The notes beneath the pieces were generated by a model that ran no database searches, had not been told where the DNA came from, and was given only the letters and a program-made list of their open reading frames with translations. From assembly GCA_943373175.1 (NCBI GenBank), contig CALSBM010000005.1, positions 9,889 through 73,888 of the forward strand: 64,000 bases of DNA, read 5' to 3'. This DNA comes from Chitinophaga pinensis. Its GTDB lineage: Bacteria > Bacteroidota > Bacteroidia > UBA7662 > JAIXUI01. Shown in pieces: positions 55,419 through 64,000 of this stretch; within the stretch, counting starts at the first letter, position 1, and each line of letters opens with the position of its first letter. Made by a program: the position numbers and the translations under genes.

Positions 55419-58400
55419 TCAGTTCGATAATACTGATAGATTTTCAGCGAAATACATTCTGACTTCTCCTTTCCCTTTTACTGGGAAAGTTCCACGGTAT
55501 TCGCATTGAAACTGCAATTTCACCCTCACGAACGTGGTTTCGCTGATGTTGACTTTGCCCGCACTTCCACTGCTTTCTAACCTGCTGGCGGTGTTAACCG
55601 TATCGCCCCAGATGTCGTAGGCGTATTTCTTCACACCAACAATTCCGGCAACTACGGAGCCCGTGTGAACGCCTATTCGAACCTGAAACTTACTCTCGTT
55701 TTTTGCGATGTAATCCCGAATGGCAAGGGCTGCTTTTACAGTATTAACTGCGTGTTCCGGATGCTCAATTGGCAGTCCACCGACGGCCATATACGCATCC
55801 CCAATAGTCTTGATTTTCTCTAATCCAAATTGTTCAATAATAGAATCGAAGGCAGAAAAGCTGCGGTGTATTTCTTCCACCAATTCTCTTGGCGCCATTT
55901 GGGAGGCTATACCAGTAAAGCCGACAAAGTCGGTAAACAGTACAGTGACTTCGTTGTATTGCCTTGCTTGTGCTTTCCCGGTTTGCTTTAGCTCTTCAGC
56001 CACTTCTTCAGGAAGAATATTCAGTAATAAATCGTCGCTTTTTTTCTTTTCCGCTACTACCTCTGCAGTCCTTGCTAAGACCGTTTGCTCTAACTTCTCT
56101 TTGTCTAACCTTAGGTTTCGTTCACGCCATTGAATGAAGAGCCGAAGTAAAAACAGAAAGAAAAGGGCATAGAGCGTGAAAGCCCACCAAGATCTCCACC
56201 AAGGTGGAAGTACCTGAAAAGAGAAGGTTACCGGCTCACTCCATATTCCCTCCGGACTTCTTGCCTTCACTTTAAACCGATAAAATCCTTCGTGAATGTT
56301 ACCAAAAGTGGCGGTTCCAGTTTCTGTAACCGGCGACCAACCTCTATCGTAACCTTCCAACATATACTGATAGCGAACCATTCGGTTTCTTCCGGTTTCT
56401 ATAGCGACATAATCAAAGGACACATTATTGTGTTGATAGGGAAGTACAAGCCGAGTTGGAAGCGGATAAAAACGCGTAATACTGTCGAATTGGATGCCTG
56501 TAAAGAGCCTCTTTAAACTGTCTTGTAAGGGTCGCTCCAGACTTCGCCCATAGGTAATAATGGATTGTTGAGCAAGGGTGAGACTGTCGGTTTGTAAGCC
56601 TCCCAATGAATACCAGCACGTTTGGTCGTTGTTGATTTTCAAAGCCTGAATCACTACTTGCGGTGCTTTTACAGAAGGGCGAACAGTTTTTAGGTCAATT
56701 CTGGTTATGCCGTTACTTCCGTGTCCAATCCAAATCATACCACTGCGATCCACCCAAACAGCTCCATTATTGTATCCGGCATTTACGTCTCTGACCGGAT
56801 ATCCGGTAAACTGATTGAAGATGACAAGTCCTTCAAGATTGCCGGTAAGCTGCTCTTTGTTTTGGTGCACCATTTTCTGAGCCTGCTTTTTCGGAATAAC
56901 CCAAATTCCAAAGTTGGTTCCTAACAACATATTGCCATCATGGTCTTCCTTTACTGAGGCGATGAACTGGTCGGGAAGCCCCTGATTTTTGGTGTAGTTC
57001 ACGAAAAAAGCCTTGTTTTCTCTAGGATGTTGGACAGAAACCTGGTTGGATAATCCCAAAACAGATTCGGCAGGTAGGATAGAGAGACCGCCACCAGTAC
57101 CAACCCAAAGATTCCCTTTGCTATCGGAATGAATGCTTTTAATGAAGTTGCTGATAAGGCCTTGTTTGGTGGTGAAGTTGAGGAAATGCTGGCCATCGTA
57201 TCGAATAACTCCACAGCCATTGGTGCCAAGCCATAGATTGCCCATTGCATCTTCTTCTATAGACCAAATGGCGTCGTGCGGAAGTCCTTGTCGAGTTGTG
57301 TAGGTTGAAAAAAGTTTTCCATCAAACCGGGTAAGTCCACCGCCGTCGGTGCCAATCCAAATAACGCCCTTAGCGTCAAGGAATAAACTGCGAATGGGGT
57401 TGCCAGAAAGTCCATGTTGCCGAGTATAACGGATGAGCTTAGTTCCATCAAACCGGCTCAATACCCCAGATTCACTGCCGATCCAGGTATTGCCGGAAGA
57501 ATCGGTTGCCAGACATCCAATCGACTTATGAGGTATTCCGTCTTTTGTACGCAAAGAGTGAAAAGTGCGCCCATCGAATTTGACCACTCCGCTGTCTTGA
57601 GTGCCGAGCCAAAGCGTACCGTTGCGGCTTTCGGCCATACATAGCACGGTATTGTCGGGCAAGCCTTGGTTGGAAGTGAGGGTAATGAAAGCGCCACCTC
57701 GATACAGACTTACGCCGCCGCCTTCGGTTCCGAACCAAATATTGCCGACTTTATCTTCTGAGATGCTCACGATAGCCCCGCTCGCCAATCCCTGATTTGT
57801 ATTGAAATTGGTGAACCATTGCCCGTTCCAACGGCTTACTCCACCGCCACCGGTGCCCATCCATACGTTTCCGTTACGGTCTGCGGCAATGCTCCAGATT
57901 TCCGCGAAAGGAAGGCCGTTTTGGGTGGTCCACGTCTGAATAGATTGCCCTTTAATTCGAGTAACGCCGCCTTTTGTTCCTGCCCAAAGGTTTCCGGAAA
58001 GGTCGGTGGTGAGACTAAGTACTCGGTTATCAGCAAGTCCGTCGAGGGTAGTGAAGGTTCTAAACGATGTTCCATTGAACCGACTAAGGCCGGCTCCTTC
58101 GGTTCCGCACCATAAATATCCTTGCTTATCAAAAGCAAGGCTTCGAACACTGTTTCCGGCTAATCCATTGGGAGTAGAGGAGTAATTGGTGAACTTCTTT
58201 CCATCAAACCTACTAATACCATTATTGTATGTGCCCATCCAGAGGTTGCCCTGGCGGTCTGGTTCAATGCACATTACATCGTTTCCTGCAAGGCCGTCCT
58301 CGGTAGTAAAACTGCGAAAGGAATGGCCATTGTAGCAACTAACACCTCCGCCCCCAGTTCCTATCCAGATATTGCCTTCAGCATCTTCTGCCAGGCAAAG

Positions 58401-58862
58401 CACTAAATTATTGGCAAGGCCAATTGTAGTAGTGAACGTAGTGAACGATTTTCCATCGAAGCGGGATACTCCACCACCTTGAGTCCCCATCCAAAGATGG
58501 CCACGGCTGTCGCACAAGAGGGATTTGCCATAGCCTAAAGCATCGAGTGCTAAGCCATCGTCTGAATCAAAGGTGGTAAACAACCCTACTCCGGCAGCCG
58601 ATTGGTCAGGCAAAGTAGAGCCATCAGAAAGGAAGTTGACTTTCGGTAAAGGTGTTGCTTCCAACCATGCTGAAACCGTAGATGAAGCACGCGCTTTGCT
58701 GAAAAAAATCTCAGGTGTTACCTGTATCGGCTTCGGTAGTTCATAATTAGCCGTTGCCAAGGCTTGCGATTGTTCAACAGACGAATCAGCTTGTTTTCTA
58801 CAAGCTGAAACCATCATCAACACAACCAATAGTGGAAGTAGAATGAAATTATGGCTAACCAT
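55419..58862 (-). CDS. Reg_prop beta-propeller + Y_Y_Y sensor fused to a class III adenylate cyclase
   Basis: Lipobox VSAC; many D..GN.W.GT.GGG.SR.DG repeats; YQY.LEGYD..W and PPWW + TM; cyclase motifs FTDFVGFT, KIKTIGDAYM and YDIWGDTVNTASR.ES. Confidence 0.93.
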   Translation of the reverse strand: MVSHNFILLPLLVVLMMVSACRKQADSSVEQSQALATANYELPKPIQVTPEIFFSKARASSTVSAWLEATPLPKVNFLSDGSTLPDQSAAGVGLFTTFDSDDGLALDALGYGKSLLCDSRGHLWMGTQGGGVSRFDGKSFTTFTTTIGLANNLVLCLAEDAEGNIWIGTGGGGVSCYNGHSFRSFTTEDGLAGNDVMCIEPDRQGNLWMGTYNNGISRFDGKKFTNYSSTPNGLAGNSVRSLAFDKQGYLWCGTEGAGLSRFNGTSFRTFTTLDGLADNRVLSLTTDLSGNLWAGTKGGVTRIKGQSIQTWTTQNGLPFAEIWSIAADRNGNVWMGTGGGGVSRWNGQWFTNFNTNQGLASGAIVSISEDKVGNIWFGTEGGGVSLYRGGAFITLTSNQGLPDNTVLCMAESRNGTLWLGTQDSGVVKFDGRTFHSLRTKDGIPHKSIGCLATDSSGNTWIGSESGVLSRFDGTKLIRYTRQHGLSGNPIRSLFLDAKGVIWIGTDGGGLTRFDGKLFSTYTTRQGLPHDAIWSIEEDAMGNLWLGTNGCGVIRYDGQHFLNFTTKQGLISNFIKSIHSDSKGNLWVGTGGGLSILPAESVLGLSNQVSVQHPRENKAFFVNYTKNQGLPDQFIASVKEDHDGNMLLGTNFGIWVIPKKQAQKMVHQNKEQLTGNLEGLVIFNQFTGYPVRDVNAGYNNGAVWVDRSGMIWIGHGSNGITRIDLKTVRPSVKAPQVVIQALKINNDQTCWYSLGGLQTDSLTLAQQSIITYGRSLERPLQDSLKRLFTGIQFDSITRFYPLPTRLVLPYQHNNVSFDYVAIETGRNRMVRYQYMLEGYDRGWSPVTETGTATFGNIHEGFYRFKVKARSPEGIWSEPVTFSFQVLPPWWRSWWAFTLYALFFLFLLRLFIQWRERNLRLDKEKLEQTVLARTAEVVAEKKKSDDLLLNILPEEVAEELKQTGKAQARQYNEVTVLFTDFVGFTGIASQMAPRELVEEIHRSFSAFDSIIEQFGLEKIKTIGDAYMAVGGLPIEHPEHAVNTVKAALAIRDYIAKNESKFQVRIGVHTGSVVAGIVGVKKYAYDIWGDTVNTASRLESSGSAGKVNISETTFVRVKLQFQCEYRGTFPVKGKGEVRMYFAENLSVLSN

Positions 58863-59371
58863 TAAAACTCTCAGTGAATCAAGAAATTTAAGCTACGCAA
58901 TATCAGGGAGATTTTATCGCTAACCGAACTTTACGTTAATACTAATCTGAAGATTAAGGGATATCAAAATCGAAGCTCAAATAAGCTAATTGACTCAATT
59001 ATGAAAATGTTTAACGGGTAATCTACGGTGTAATTCCTTTCAAAGTGTCCGTTAAACTGGCAAATCTACCCCTTCACACCTTGAGTTCATTCGAGTAGAA
59101 TATTGAAAACATCCTCAGAATAAACAGCAGTAATTTAACTGCTAAAGCTTATATACGTAAACTATCTGTTAGGCTGAAGTAGATGCTCTTATTCCATTCT
59201 CCTCAAACACAAAAAATCCCAGCAGAACCACCAGCCGGGACTAACCACTAAACTAAACAACGATGACCATAGCACTCGAAGTTTTAAGAATAAAAACCGC
59301 CAAAATCTTGGTTTGTTTGGCATGATATAGAATTTGTTCCATTCCCTCTTAACCTGCTGTATCTTCGCCTT

Positions 59372-59869
59372 ATGGCAACAGCTCAGCAAACTGGCAATCA
59401 TGCGCAGTTTTCCGGACTTCAAAACCCTTCTGCGTATTCGGTAGGGATAGCAGTAGCAGAATGGAACGACGATATCACCGGCATTTTGGCGTCTGGAGCT
59501 CGCCAGGCACTGCTCGATGCCGGCATTCCCGAACATCAGATTCGCCTCTACACGGTAGCGGGAAGCTATGAACTGCCACTTGCCTCAGCGTATCTCCTCG
59601 ATAGTGGCTGTGATGCCGTGGTTGCTCTTGGCTGCCTCATCAAAGGCGATACTCCTCACTTTGAATACATCTCAGAAGCAGTAACTCAGGGAATCATGCG
59701 TCTGAACCTCGACACGCACAAGCCGGTAATCTTCGGGGTACTGACTACGCTCACGCATCAGCAGGCTTTGGAGCGTGCCGGTGGAAGTTTGGGAAATAAA
59801 GGTTATGAGGCCGCGGTAGCCGCTCTCAAAATGCTCAAGCTTAAGGCTGATCTCGATCAGGGTCGCTGA
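59372..59869 (+). CDS. ribH: 6,7-dimethyl-8-ribityllumazine synthase
   Basis: AEWN, GSYELP, GCLIKGDTPHFEY, PVIFGVLT, QA.ERAGG and NKG.EAA. Confidence 0.97.
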   Translation: MATAQQTGNHAQFSGLQNPSAYSVGIAVAEWNDDITGILASGARQALLDAGIPEHQIRLYTVAGSYELPLASAYLLDSGCDAVVALGCLIKGDTPHFEYISEAVTQGIMRLNLDTHKPVIFGVLTTLTHQQALERAGGSLGNKGYEAAVAALKMLKLKADLDQGR

Positions 59870-62411
59870 TTGGCGGGCTTTGCTTGTCCTGGAAATAGAG
59901 TCTGAGGGTTAATCCTTCATCTACCTTTCCTTCGGCTTCAATTCTTCCGCCGAGAGCCTCTAACTGCGTTTTCGCTAAGAACAAGCCGAGGCCTTTACTG
60001 TCTGTGTTGTTGTGAAAACGCTGATATAATCCAAATAGCCGATCCTTGTACCGCTCAGTGTCGAGTCCTTGCCCATTATCCTGAAAGGTAAGACGTAGCT
60101 CTTCACCCACTTTATCCATTCCTATACGAATGGTGAGCGTGCGTTTGTTGGAACGGTATTTCAGGGAGTTGGTGATAAGGTTCAGCAGGATACCTTCCAA
60201 GTAGGTGCGGTTGAACCACAACCGGGGAAATTGCTGAAAATCGAATTGCCAAACTACTTTCTCTTTCTCCAAGGCACAAGACACCTGCTGCTGTAACCGC
60301 TCAATCAGTTCGTCAAGCCTTAGCCATTCCTTATCAGTGCGTGCTTTGTTTCTGACTATCAGGATTTCGTTCAGGTCAGAGATTGTTTCGTGTAATTGCT
60401 CACCGCTTTTCTTAAGCCCGAGGTAGATGTCATTAAGTTCTTCCTCACTCTGGTTCTTATAGTCCAGAAGTTCCAACAACCCAATTAAGTTGGCAATAGG
60501 TGCACGAAGGTTGTGCGAGGTGATGTAGGTAAACTGGCGCAAGTCCTGGTTGCTGCCGATGAGTTCGTGCATCAAATGTTCCTTCTCCGCTTGAACCTGA
60601 TGCAAGGCGGTTACGTCGCGGCCAATGGCGTAAACCAAGCCTGTTAGTGCATCGAACTTGGCCGACCATTCGTTCATGACAATTTTGCCATTCTTATGGT
60701 AGTATCGGTTATTGAAGTTACGCACTTCTTCTCCTTCAAGAATGATTTTATAGATGTCTCGAGTAGCCTGTTGGTCTTCCGGGAGGATAAAATCCATGAA
60801 CGATTTGCCAATCATTTCTTCCGGCTCGTAACCCCAGTTTTTATAGCAGGCCTTGCTCAAGCTTATGAAGAATCCGTCGATGCTACATGAACATATCGCA
60901 TCAATAGATTCATTGAAAATACGGTCTAAGGCTTTCGATTTTTCCTGAATAAGGCCCTCCATCCTGTATTGTTCGGATAAATCAACTAAGGCTTTGTTAA
61001 TCAGCACATTTCCCGATCCATCTTTGAAGATCAGGGACAATACTTCAACCGGAAAGGTTGAGCCATCTTTTTTTATTCCGGTGAGAATGGAGGTATTTTC
61101 ACCTGTTAGACTTCTCTTCTCTGAATAAGCATTTAATTCATTTTCATTATTACTGAAAAGCTGATACCGGGTTAACTCAGTAAACTCCTCGGCGGTGTAG
61201 CCGAACATTGAAAACGCAAGGTTGTTGGCGTTGATTATCAGGCCTGCTTCATTAGTTTGAAGCAATGCTACGGGGCAATAAAGGAAAGAACTGCGATAAA
61301 GCCATTCGTTGTAGCGGACACTTTCCCGGTTAAGTTTATCTTGGGTGATGTCTTGAAAGATGCCAAACATTCTCAAGGTTTTTCCATCCCGAAAATCGGT
61401 CTTTCCTTTAGCCCGAACCCAAATGTTTCGCCCCTTTTGGGTGATGATTTCACATTCAATATCAAAAGGCTTTCCTTCGTTGAGCGCCAGTTCTACTGCC
61501 TTACTAACCAAATCCCGATTAGTACCTTCTTTATAAAAGTTAATAGCACTCTCAACCGAGGGCACATAGTCTTCTGGGACTTCGTGTATGCGCTTGGTTT
61601 GTTGAGACCAGATTAATTCATTGGAAGCCGGATAATATTCCCAATATCCGATTTCGCCTGCAATAGCCATTTCCTCCAGCATTTGACGGGTATTCATCAA
61701 ATCGTGGATATCGAGCATTACTCCAGACCACTCAATGCTGCCATCGGGTTGTTTCTGAGGGTTGGCCATTCCTTCGGCCCAGCGGTAATGGTGAGATTTT
61801 GTCTTTAGCCGTACTGATTTCTGCCAAGGGGATAGCTCTCGAGCAGAATCATGGATAGATTGATAGAACTCTGGAAGATCCTCGGGGTGAACATTTTCAC
61901 TGAGAAAGTCTTCTGCCCTTCCAACTCTATTTTCGTTAAGAACAAAATGAGTCTGGCGTCCTCTGGCAAAATACAAGAAGGACATTTCCCCATTAAGATT
62001 CAGGCTAAAGCGAAATAGAAAGGCAGGAATTGTTTGAGTAAGCGACTGAAACAAGGCATTCTCGTCCTGTTTTCCCGGATTAAGATTCCGATAGCGATCT
62101 GCCGGAAGGGTCAGTAATCCGATAAGCTCCGGTTCGGCTGAAATTAATTGCCATTCAGCGCAGTCTATCCGTTGTTGCTTGTTTCTTGAAGTAATGGCAA
62201 CTTGATTTTCCTTAAGACCTGATAGCCTCTGGAGAAGTAGTTCACACTCTTCGCGGTTGAAAATATCTTGAAGAAAACTTGGTTTATTCTGCTTGGAAAG
62301 CACATTTTGCACGCATTCGTTTACCTCAGACACCTTACCGTTAGCTTCAACCACCATCGCCATGATTGAATTGCTGCGACCCAGAAATGTATCAGAAGTA
62401 AAATGAACCAT
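59841..62411 (-). CDS. Cytoplasmic multi-PAS sensor histidine kinase
   Basis: Several PAS/PAC segments (VHPED, G.WEY, GY..EE, ILPED); H-box SHNLRAP, NLITNSLKY, DNGQG and GLGL. Confidence 0.92.
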   Translation of the reverse strand: MVHFTSDTFLGRSNSIMAMVVEANGKVSEVNECVQNVLSKQNKPSFLQDIFNREECELLLQRLSGLKENQVAITSRNKQQRIDCAEWQLISAEPELIGLLTLPADRYRNLNPGKQDENALFQSLTQTIPAFLFRFSLNLNGEMSFLYFARGRQTHFVLNENRVGRAEDFLSENVHPEDLPEFYQSIHDSARELSPWQKSVRLKTKSHHYRWAEGMANPQKQPDGSIEWSGVMLDIHDLMNTRQMLEEMAIAGEIGYWEYYPASNELIWSQQTKRIHEVPEDYVPSVESAINFYKEGTNRDLVSKAVELALNEGKPFDIECEIITQKGRNIWVRAKGKTDFRDGKTLRMFGIFQDITQDKLNRESVRYNEWLYRSSFLYCPVALLQTNEAGLIINANNLAFSMFGYTAEEFTELTRYQLFSNNENELNAYSEKRSLTGENTSILTGIKKDGSTFPVEVLSLIFKDGSGNVLINKALVDLSEQYRMEGLIQEKSKALDRIFNESIDAICSCSIDGFFISLSKACYKNWGYEPEEMIGKSFMDFILPEDQQATRDIYKIILEGEEVRNFNNRYYHKNGKIVMNEWSAKFDALTGLVYAIGRDVTALHQVQAEKEHLMHELIGSNQDLRQFTYITSHNLRAPIANLIGLLELLDYKNQSEEELNDIYLGLKKSGEQLHETISDLNEILIVRNKARTDKEWLRLDELIERLQQQVSCALEKEKVVWQFDFQQFPRLWFNRTYLEGILLNLITNSLKYRSNKRTLTIRIGMDKVGEELRLTFQDNGQGLDTERYKDRLFGLYQRFHNNTDSKGLGLFLAKTQLEALGGRIEAEGKVDEGLTLRLYFQDKQSPPISDPDRDQP

Positions 62412-62508
62412 AACAGTTATACAAAGTACTTAATTTAATTATTTAAGCATTACGCCCAAAAATTAAATTATAAAAAAATTTATGTGACGCATAGAAAAAG
62501 CCTTATGG

Positions 62509-62694
62509 CTATTCTTCCTCTGAGGAGCCAGGCTTAAGCTTCGTCAGTTTTTTATCTTCAACATTTTCATTCAAAAACGCATTGATGGTACTAATATCTA
62601 ACGAGGTGCGTATCTCTCCCATATTGCTGAAGTTGACATCGAGCCCTTCTAACTGCGGATTTACCGCCGGTTTGTCTTTCTTTTTTCTGGCCAT
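62509..62694 (-). CDS. Small hypothetical protein (61 aa)
   Basis: TGATG coupling to the gltX stop; K-rich start and GEI.....I..IN.FLN.NV.DKKL pattern. Confidence 0.7.
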   Translation of the reverse strand: MARKKKDKPAVNPQLEGLDVNFSNMGEIRTSLDISTINAFLNENVEDKKLTKLKPGSSEEE

Positions 62695-64000
62695 CAGCCT
62701 AAAACTTGCTGTGCTAATTTAAGGCGACTGATGCATTCTTCCTGGCCAAGCAGACTGGCCATTTCAAATAGTGCCGGACCAGAGCCTTGCCCAGAGAGGG
62801 CAAGTCTTAAAGACTGGAGTATGGCATTCGCTTTTATTCCTGATTTTTCACTGGCCAGCCGGAAGGCGGCCTCAACTTCGGCTGCTTCAAAATCAATCAT
62901 GCCCTCAAAAGTATGTGCCAGTGTCAACATAAATTGTCCGGTTTCCGCATTCCACTTTTTGGCTTTCACCTGCTCATCGTATTCCGTAGGAATTTCAAAA
63001 AAGAACGCGCTCGAATTCCAGAAGTCCGAAACTAAGGTCCAGCGTTCTTTCATAAGCCTGCAAACTTCTTCTACATAAATTTTGTTGAAATCGAGCCCAC
63101 GCTTTTGTAGCTCGGGCATAACGGCTTTCGCCAGTTCCACATCCGGTTGAAGGCGAAGATATTGCTGATTGAACCAGTTGAGTTTGTTGAAGTCGTAGCG
63201 TGCGCCGTGTTTTTGTATGCGTTCTACGGAAAACGTATGAATAAGTTCTTCCATACTGAAGACCTCGCGGTTATCGCCTGGATTCCAGCCTAATAATGCC
63301 AAAAAGTTGATATAGGCTTGTGGGAAATAGCCAGTTTCGCGGTATCCGGGAGTAACGTCTCCGGTTTCGGGGTTAGTCCAACTTGTGGCGTAAAAAGGTA
63401 GGCCGAGGCGGTCGCCGTCGCGTTTGCTTAATTTGCCGTCCCCATCAGGCTTTAGTAACAAAGGCAAGTGTGCAAACTCCGGCATTTGCTCCTCCCAACC
63501 GAATGCCCTGTAAAGGAGCAGATGCAATGGAGTTGAGGGAAGCCATTCTTCGCCCCGAATTACGTGGCTGATGTCCATCAGGTAATCATCAACAACGTTA
63601 GCGAGGTGATAGGTAGGCATGCCGTCGCTTTTAAACAACACTTTATCGTCGAGTTGAGCGGTATTCACAACTACCCAGCCTCGAATCATGTCTTTTACTT
63701 TCACTTCCTCTTGGCGTGGCATGCGGAAGCGGATAACATAAGAATCCCCTGCTTGTAGCCTGCGTTGAACTTCGTCGTGCGGAAGGCTAAGCGAGTTTTT
63801 CATGTTGACCCGCGTAATTGAATTGTATTGAGGCGAAGCAACCTGAGCGGCTTTGAGGCGCTCGCGCATAGAATCTAATTCTTCCTCAGAGTCAAAAGCG
63901 TAATAGGCGTGGCCCGAGGCAACTAATTGTTCAGCATACTGCCGATACATGGCTTTGCGCTCGCTCTGGCGGTAAGGGGCGTGCGGGCCGCCGAGATGTA
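62694..64000 (-). CDS. gltX: Glutamate--tRNA ligase, 5'-truncated by the window edge
   Basis: PYRQSER (upstream of the tracked Met), KSDGMPTYHLANVVDD, HVIRGEEW, KLSKR, LLGW and GP.LF. Confidence 0.97.
   Translation of the reverse strand, partial: HLGGPHAPYRQSERKAMYRQYAEQLVASGHAYYAFDSEEELDSMRERLKAAQVASPQYNSITRVNMKNSLSLPHDEVQRRLQAGDSYVIRFRMPRQEEVKVKDMIRGWVVVNTAQLDDKVLFKSDGMPTYHLANVVDDYLMDISHVIRGEEWLPSTPLHLLLYRAFGWEEQMPEFAHLPLLLKPDGDGKLSKRDGDRLGLPFYATSWTNPETGDVTPGYRETGYFPQAYINFLALLGWNPGDNREVFSMEELIHTFSVERIQKHGARYDFNKLNWFNQQYLRLQPDVELAKAVMPELQKRGLDFNKIYVEEVCRLMKERWTLVSDFWNSSAFFFEIPTEYDEQVKAKKWNAETGQFMLTLAHTFEGMIDFEAAEVEAAFRLASEKSGIKANAILQSLRLALSGQGSGPALFEMASLLGQEECISRLKLAQQVLG

Noticed and set aside
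57000-58560. Periodic repeats as a CRISPR or tandem DNA array
   Set aside because: These are degenerate protein-level beta-propeller blades within one ORF; there are no identical repeats with unique spacers.
59100-59371. FMN riboswitch upstream of ribH
   Set aside because: No AGGGCGGGGTGAAATTCCC-like core, and the promoter box sits 4 nt from the ATG, leaving no leader.
1-64000. Prophage, IS, integron, rRNA or CRISPR
   Set aside because: No integrase, transposase, phage structural or cas ORFs, and no terminal repeats or rRNA-like tracts were seen.

Overview
Core-genome window of a Bacteroidota bacterium. This rests on TAnnTTTG -7 promoter boxes, T9SS/PorV genes, and Bacteroidota-type htpG, uvrA2 and DUF4783. 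It holds about 50 densely packed CDS, with a 5'-truncated uvrA paralog at the left edge and a truncated gltX at the right edge. Housekeeping genes include nadC, gpmI, pyrE, htpG, ruvC, greA, recA, uvrA, ruvX, def, scpA, ribH and gltX. Envelope genes include PadR-PspC, Wzz, an O-antigen ligase and a GT2. There is also a TolC/MFP/ABC exporter with an orphan LytS-type kinase, a propeller-Y_Y_Y-adenylate cyclase and a PAS kinase. I saw no rRNA, tRNA, CRISPR, IS element or prophage. The best candidate for an uncharacterised system is a three-gene operon at 28.3-37.0 kb: a TonB-dependent receptor without SusD, a 1316-aa T9SS-type cargo with an atypical CTD, and a PorV-family barrel. Other notable items are a dif-like 28-mer at 41992-42019 in an AT-rich gap, an uncalled 51-aa basic ORF at 4351-4506, LytTR-like repeats without a LytTR gene, a coupled ATL + AlbA/Schlafen pair, and several operator-like palindromes. 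All calls come from reading motifs by eye; no database searches were run.
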